Of a stretch of DNA of 64,000 bases, positions 59,101-64,000 are shown one piece after another (the first letter of the stretch is position 1; the number at the start of each line of letters is the position of its first letter). Source of the DNA: a virus; the IMG/VR virus record IMGVR_UViG_3300014913_000009, positions 1 to 64,000 of that record. One strand, 5' to 3'. A program made the position numbers and the translations under genes. The notes beneath the pieces were generated by a model. It made no database searches. It was given only the letters and a program-made list of their open reading frames with translations, and was not told the origin of the DNA.

Positions 59101-60291
59101 TTCTCAAGAGCTGCGAAATCATTCGAAGCGGGAGTTATTGGAGCTGGAGAAAATCAAGTATTCAATGATGCACAGCAATCCCAATTCGAAGATGTCCAGA
59201 GTCGTATGAATATGTATGATCCTTCGACCGCATGGGCAGGGGAAGAAGGTGGAAGTTCCGGATTCCAATCATCATTACCTCATATTCCGTGGGTCAGCAC
59301 AAAATTTATGGGCGCTCCATCACCAGAGGAACATTATAGAAAAATGGTAAGATATGGTTCTGATTACTGGGACTGGAAAAATCCTTATGATCAAATGCTG
59401 GATCCATACCTATCATACATGAGCACCCAAAACCCGGTATCTGCAGCTGGTAGTGGTGCATTACTAGGATCAATCGCCGGATCAAGAGGCGCTGTTGTAG
59501 GAGCCGCTTATGGGGCGGTGTCTTCAATCTTTTCTGATGATAGTATTTCCAATAAAGAATCTCGCAGGGAATTTACAGAAGATTATTTTGACAAAATGCA
59601 ATATACCAAATTGCGCATGATGGAAGAACGCGCACTGGATATGAATAGAAGTGACCTTGTCAAAAAAATCCAAAATATGCAATCAAGCACAATGGTCGGA
59701 TTGGATTATAGTCTGGACTCGGAAGAATTTGCATTAGCAGCCAAAAAAGCATTGCCATCAAAAGACAGGGGTTATCTAATGGCGCTTGCAAATTCGGGTA
59801 TGGATACTTCGGAAATGCCAGAATATATGCATCCGATAATTGACAAGCTTCGTGGTCAGGGTAATCCTAAAATGAGTTATGCATCCAGAGATAGGATGGT
59901 CTCTGATTGGGTTGGAGAGAATGGCGGGATTCCCGGTGGAGAATGGGCTGGATGGGCTCCTGGCGTAGATATGCAAAAACTCAAAGCGGTTTCTGTTGCT
60001 GCTGATGGCGATAATATGCATGACTATGGATCTTATGAACCCGATGTAGAAATGGATGCCTATAGTTCTCCCTACTTAGATGCCATACAAAACTACGGGA
60101 CAATTAGCAATCCAGACTTGCAAAATATGAGTAGGATGGTGTATAATAATATGGCTCATCTCCGCAAGTTGGGGATTGACAATGGGGGGGTTATGATTAC
60201 CCCTTCATTTGGCAGTGGGCGGAGTCAATGGAATATTAATAGAGGGCGCGTAAATAGTGCCCGGCAATGGCGACAAAGAGGGATTTGGTAA
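56182..60291 (+). CDS. Tape-measure-like / large virion protein
   Basis: 1369 aa, Gly/Ala-rich with hydrophobic segments; follows the chaperones. Confidence 0.65.
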   Translation: MTDYRDESSTWESTLKWGMIGIGAVMGARAAYRYSPAFRKAAIETAATAGDLYRSAGVQARKYASRWSTSASPAKQASASALEYFAGIKQGGMPAASTVLESEMIESLSRIDVIQYSDDAIGDLRSALGRKYGQPIVGAPKGYRHMTVQDILTNAQKAKKGHYAIGEGGRMMTAKGYENLRSAVQSGAVDTEWIFNQDIFLREMDNGKFLIRDARLVNPAKTVSQALQRSQKFRILGMSPADPLVPSSWTTKTASDLMSPDIPINLRGRGPTKVGGDSVMQIGDNVYSVQGNQMKRVGKTDARIYTSPRLVKERAGQAGMGGQYYGPKDTQRAVTAKERIAQDPNRYKGPIGKVRKWAESGKGYRGFGIGEGYNIGPQYKHGQSIFGFARDWMNKLLNYKTAINLKTGARGAKAFAEESVIDKVKGFFKITPDKMKKNMYWASEEELGNLTLKQMKDAANLHASTHTTIESVSTPTMRLQGKYHTEVRDVAMTPGEAVGAFGRKFTTSATRVFEWATGMGVKPGTAGQTMLRLVAKGVIPTWLLVEAFKYGDFMSEEITGVSPIKMGAYGYAGAQTAKQGMLNLSGFSTLSNAADEATGGFWSSTGGTILRTAGIFGASLAIGAHPAASKATKKWAPRLGLGLAALQLTGSPGKSAFDQWDEYTGNKMVPIRRGRGWLTGPQPYEGGEVQYYRKHAVAQILDDSQYEKFGGKQAYFEDLSLLPTPHNWMGAKRILDPYAWEKRTYYDQPYPLNKGMFSEVPIAGPLLDLTAGRILKPRVMMHQQEIQRWLDTPQIPRDPKMTMIADQLNMQLPVTGRAIPKFGVAQEIGTAIKGATDFIGMPGFMLNALKEKATGSSEWFHDGPVWQTPDYQVSQVRNFFEMEWGGMLGGSELFRRMWSKDSHEVSFVNPIPNTMPDYMPGSRSMYGDTNFINFSEGDPFSKIRAPGARNLHMALNPHTSNFDKWRMLKGVAPFSRAAKSFEAGVIGAGENQVFNDAQQSQFEDVQSRMNMYDPSTAWAGEEGGSSGFQSSLPHIPWVSTKFMGAPSPEEHYRKMVRYGSDYWDWKNPYDQMLDPYLSYMSTQNPVSAAGSGALLGSIAGSRGAVVGAAYGAVSSIFSDDSISNKESRREFTEDYFDKMQYTKLRMMEERALDMNRSDLVKKIQNMQSSTMVGLDYSLDSEEFALAAKKALPSKDRGYLMALANSGMDTSEMPEYMHPIIDKLRGQGNPKMSYASRDRMVSDWVGENGGIPGGEWAGWAPGVDMQKLKAVSVAADGDNMHDYGSYEPDVEMDAYSSPYLDAIQNYGTISNPDLQNMSRMVYNNMAHLRKLGIDNGGVMITPSFGSGRSQWNINRGRVNSARQWRQRGIW

Positions 60292-63200
60292 ATGCCCAGA
60301 AGAAAGAAAAAAGGAATTGTCAAACCATTGTTGGGAGCAGCTGCATTAGGCGGTGCTGGATACGGGTTTTATTATAGTCTTAAAAATCCAATCAAAAGTG
60401 CTGCGGGAGAAGTAGCCGCAACAAAACCTAGTCAAGCATATTCGGGAAAAGGTCCGATAGATAGAACCCCTGAATACAAAGGAAAGCCAATAATGATTGG
60501 TGAAAATCCAATCCCGCCAGGCGGACTTAATTTACGAACCGAATCAGAATTTGCAAAATTGTCCGCGGAACATCTACAAAAAGTCGACGATGCAACACTA
60601 CGAATGCTAAAGCAAAATACAGGACAATCCAATAGTTATGGTGGCATCTTTTCTGCTGCAGAACAACAAGGATTGGGAGTAGATATTACCAGGACTGGCG
60701 GAACAATCAACGTAGAAATACAAGGACTAAAAGGTCCAACACAAGTAGTGCAACTTCCAGCCCAACCAAGAGGAGGCGGAAAAGCAACCTTCGGTCTGCG
60801 CAGATATAATGCACCAACCTTTATTGTTGGCGAAAGAGGTGCGGAAAGAATAGGGCATGTTCAGGATGCAATTGAAGAAAGTATTTTTAATGCAATAAAA
60901 GACAAGAAAAATCTTACTCCAACCCAATTCGCCGATGTGATACAAAACGCAAGACAGGAAGTATTTGATATATTGCCGGCCAGCACCAATACGGATTATC
61001 GCGGATTTGGGCAAACAATCGAAAGTACCAGAATGTCCAATCGTATTGTTGGAACGAGACTTCAAAGGGAATTAAGTACACTTGACAAAATCCACGGAAC
61101 CGGAGTGCAGGCAGAAGCGGCTAGACGCGGATTCAGAGGAATTAAAACACGAGCAGATTTATATGGTGCGGTTATCTCTGATTATTGGCAGGGAATGTCT
61201 GATGACGTATTAAAGAATGTGGGAATATCGACCAATAGAACTTCGCCTGAATTTTACAGACAAGTAATGTCGATGTATGACAATACTAAAGGTGGAAATA
61301 TGATTAAGGGGATTGGACATAGATCGGTCATGGGTAAGTCCGCAATTGTTGGAACCCCACTTGACAAAGTATTACATGAAGGTGGACGTATTTTAAGAAG
61401 TGGAAATCTTGTCAATCCAGAAAGTGGACAAATTGCAAAAACATGGAATGGAATTAAAGATGGAATGATATCCAACTTCCCTGCTGGACCAGAGGGAATA
61501 CGAGCATTAAATACCGGAGCCAATAATAGGCTGATTGGAACAACCAGCCGTGCAGCATTTATCGTTGATCCGAAAGCAGCGGCAGTACTTGGTTTTGATC
61601 CGTTCGAATCCGGCGGATCATTTAGAGTTTCCAAAATGCAAAAAGACGTTCTTACACAAGGTATTCATACAAGGTATAATCTTGATGTTCGACCAGGATC
61701 TCCAGGTGCTCCAAAAGGAATTGATCTCGCCATAAAAAAACAAAAGATTGTCAGGTCGGGAAACAGAGGGAAATATGACAAGTGGATTGGCGGGCTTTCG
61801 CAGAAGGAACAACGTATTGTTGGCGGATTCGATGATCCTTTGATGACATTTGGTAAAGGACAACTCGTTGGATCGGGGTCAATTGAATTCATCGAAGATG
61901 GGGCGACAAGATCAGTCTCAAGCCGCAATATAAGGACAAGAGGTACTTATGATGTTACAAACATAGGATACAATGCCATTGATGATACTCTTTCAATACA
62001 AGGGCATATGCGTGCCTCAACGGCGGCATTAACGATAGGAGGAAGTCATGCAAGTATGAATCCGCATACATTTTCAGCAAGCAAGCTAGGCGATGCTATG
62101 AGCGGAGGGAATGTACATATACTTGGATCGTGGACAGATCTTAAAAAATGGGATCAAATGGGAGTGCTTTTTGATGACCTTGCAGTACAGATCGAACAAG
62201 GGGGAGGAAATGCCGTGAAAGCATTTTCAGACCTCAAAACAATGAATCTAAAAACATACAACCAGACTGTTAAAAAATTTGGGCTTGAAAGCAAAATAGA
62301 TTATATATCCAAAAAAGGAGAGATAAGACTCAAGACGACAACAAGAGATGCGAAAGAAATCGCATTAGCTGCTGGTTATACGGAGGCTCAAGCGGCTGGA
62401 ATAACAGGGCAAATAGAAATGGCAAATCTTGCATCTAAGGTTACGATTGGAGGAGAGGCATCATTCTATTCTTCGAAGGGAGTGTGGTCAAATGCATATC
62501 AAGAAGGTACATCATTGGCACATAGGCGGCTTGGAAAACTCAATGAAATTCAGAGTGTATTACAAAGAGGTGATGTCGAAGAAGCCAAGCGAATGATTAG
62601 AAATATTGGAGGAGATAAAGGAAAAGATATATTCGCATCCGAAAGAAAAGGATATGGCGAAGCATTTGGCAAACTTGGACAAAAAAATATAGACGACAGA
62701 TCAATACTGCTCAATAGAACAAGAGGACTTATTCAAAGTGCAGAAAAAGATATTAATGTTGGACTTAGCAAAATGAATACTATTTCAAATCTTAAAATGG
62801 GATTTGATGAATCTATCATGCTTGGACTTACAGCAAACAAATCATACAAGACATTAAGTAAAATCATACAAGGAGAAATGGTCAAACAATCAGGTTCTGC
62901 TGGCAGAGAATTAAGAGCATACATGGGGCAGATGGGAATGGGGACTCAAGGCAATTGGGGTATCGCCAATGTCGGAGCGCTTCAAACAAAAAGCGGGCCA
63001 TTGACGAGGGTGAAAATTGGAAGTAGCGAACTCAAAGAACTTGGCAGTATTGCAAGAAATTTAGAAAAACAATTATCCGATGGCAGTCCAATCACACAAG
63101 AAATGTTCGACAGTGTAAATAAAAAATTTAATGATGCTCTTGGAAGGGTTGGTGTTGCTCCAGGAGAATCAATGGGTGGATTTCTACTTGAAACAAATGG

Positions 63201-64000
63201 GATGGAATTACCAGTTGCCATTGGAAGTAATCCGGTAAAAGTCGGAGGACAACAAGGGCAAATATATATACCAGGCATTAATGAGGCGGTTCCTCAAAAC
63301 CAAATGTTCCAACCCGGTGGATATTCAAAAAACAAAATACTTTTAAGAAAACTCAAACTTTATCAGCACCTTGGCATGTATCCAAATGAAGCAATAGTTG
63401 GGAAAAGAGCAATGCCGGGGCTTGCCGAAAATTGGAGATTGGGAACTGGCAAAGCAATGGGGGATTTATATGATGAGTTGAATGTAATGTCCACTTCAAA
63501 AAAGGGTGGGGGCAGAAGAATAATGGGGCAAGAATGGAGAGCAGAAGCATCAATTTATTCTCAGGCAATTGGACAAGGACAAATTGATATACAGGATAGA
63601 ATGATGGCATTAAGCGGATCAGAGAGACAGCGAATACAGGGACTAAAGGGGACGCAGCAAATAGAAGCACTTGACGACGCATTAGCAAATACAATATTCA
63701 TATCCAAAGAGCAGGCAAAACTTATGCCCGATGATATTTATCAAGCCATCAAATCCGGCAAAGGATACGGAATCACAGGACGATGGCCAATAGTATCTCC
63801 TGGTGGCATTGGAGTTACGCGTTTTGCTATCGCTGAAAGTTTGCATGGAAATGTCGCAGGAGTTAGTTCTGCTGGACTAATGAGATTTGCCGGTGATGTA
63901 GATATGGATAAAGTCGCAGCATTTGTTGGTCGATTTGAAGGAAATGCAGAAGCACAAAAAGCATTAGAAGAAGCATATAGTTATACACTCAAACAGAATC
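60292..64000 (+). CDS. Large virion protein with RNA-polymerase-like catalytic barrel (partial; candidate virion RNAP)
   Basis: Translated by hand: open for 1236 codons from ATG 60292 to the window end (absent from the ORF track). SKKGGGRRIMG...IFISKEQA...GRWP...AGDVDMDK. Confidence 0.75.
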   Translation, partial: MPRRKKKGIVKPLLGAAALGGAGYGFYYSLKNPIKSAAGEVAATKPSQAYSGKGPIDRTPEYKGKPIMIGENPIPPGGLNLRTESEFAKLSAEHLQKVDDATLRMLKQNTGQSNSYGGIFSAAEQQGLGVDITRTGGTINVEIQGLKGPTQVVQLPAQPRGGGKATFGLRRYNAPTFIVGERGAERIGHVQDAIEESIFNAIKDKKNLTPTQFADVIQNARQEVFDILPASTNTDYRGFGQTIESTRMSNRIVGTRLQRELSTLDKIHGTGVQAEAARRGFRGIKTRADLYGAVISDYWQGMSDDVLKNVGISTNRTSPEFYRQVMSMYDNTKGGNMIKGIGHRSVMGKSAIVGTPLDKVLHEGGRILRSGNLVNPESGQIAKTWNGIKDGMISNFPAGPEGIRALNTGANNRLIGTTSRAAFIVDPKAAAVLGFDPFESGGSFRVSKMQKDVLTQGIHTRYNLDVRPGSPGAPKGIDLAIKKQKIVRSGNRGKYDKWIGGLSQKEQRIVGGFDDPLMTFGKGQLVGSGSIEFIEDGATRSVSSRNIRTRGTYDVTNIGYNAIDDTLSIQGHMRASTAALTIGGSHASMNPHTFSASKLGDAMSGGNVHILGSWTDLKKWDQMGVLFDDLAVQIEQGGGNAVKAFSDLKTMNLKTYNQTVKKFGLESKIDYISKKGEIRLKTTTRDAKEIALAAGYTEAQAAGITGQIEMANLASKVTIGGEASFYSSKGVWSNAYQEGTSLAHRRLGKLNEIQSVLQRGDVEEAKRMIRNIGGDKGKDIFASERKGYGEAFGKLGQKNIDDRSILLNRTRGLIQSAEKDINVGLSKMNTISNLKMGFDESIMLGLTANKSYKTLSKIIQGEMVKQSGSAGRELRAYMGQMGMGTQGNWGIANVGALQTKSGPLTRVKIGSSELKELGSIARNLEKQLSDGSPITQEMFDSVNKKFNDALGRVGVAPGESMGGFLLETNGMELPVAIGSNPVKVGGQQGQIYIPGINEAVPQNQMFQPGGYSKNKILLRKLKLYQHLGMYPNEAIVGKRAMPGLAENWRLGTGKAMGDLYDELNVMSTSKKGGGRRIMGQEWRAEASIYSQAIGQGQIDIQDRMMALSGSERQRIQGLKGTQQIEALDDALANTIFISKEQAKLMPDDIYQAIKSGKGYGITGRWPIVSPGGIGVTRFAIAESLHGNVAGVSSAGLMRFAGDVDMDKVAAFVGRFEGNAEAQKALEEAYSYTLKQN

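Noticed and set aside
60289-60294. Stop read-through or recoding fusing the tape-measure-like protein to the RNAP-like protein
   Set aside because: Abutting in-frame stop/start junctions occur elsewhere (25435/25436, 37007/37008), and TAA, TAG and TGA all terminate genes normally
233-63694. Numerous antisense or overlapping ORFs in the track
   Set aside because: Shadows of longer motif-bearing genes on the opposite strand or in another frame

Overview
This window looks like a segment of a large, AT-rich tailed dsDNA phage genome with a contractile tail; I cannot identify the host. The left ~24 kb reads on the minus strand and is early/accessory. It contains a minimal two-subunit RNA polymerase (beta'-like NADFDGD subunit plus beta-like subunit), a separate 1044-aa single-chain two-barrel polymerase (YonO/RdRP-like, GDFDGD), RNase HI, a macro domain, a Csx16-like protein, a sigma-region-4-like protein, ankyrin proteins and many small ORFs. 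These genes are separated by repeated structured non-coding modules. From ~24.4 kb the plus strand carries nuclease/phosphoesterase genes, a tRNA-Met(CAT), a CMP-sugar/glycosyltransferase cluster, terminase, portal, protease/scaffold, major capsid, sheath, tube-like proteins, chaperones and a tape-measure-like protein. Two things stand out. (1) An ORF missing from the ORF track (60292 to >64000) carries a third RNA-polymerase-like active site (RWP...GDVDMDK) in the tail module, so the phage may encode three two-barrel RNAP systems. (2) The early region has an RNA-level control layer: three hammerhead ribozymes (one with a G12U core change), a covarying pseudoknot repeated just ahead of ribosome-binding sites, palindromic cassette boundaries, and several multi-helix ncRNA candidates. 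All protein calls come from motif recognition by eye; no searches were run.
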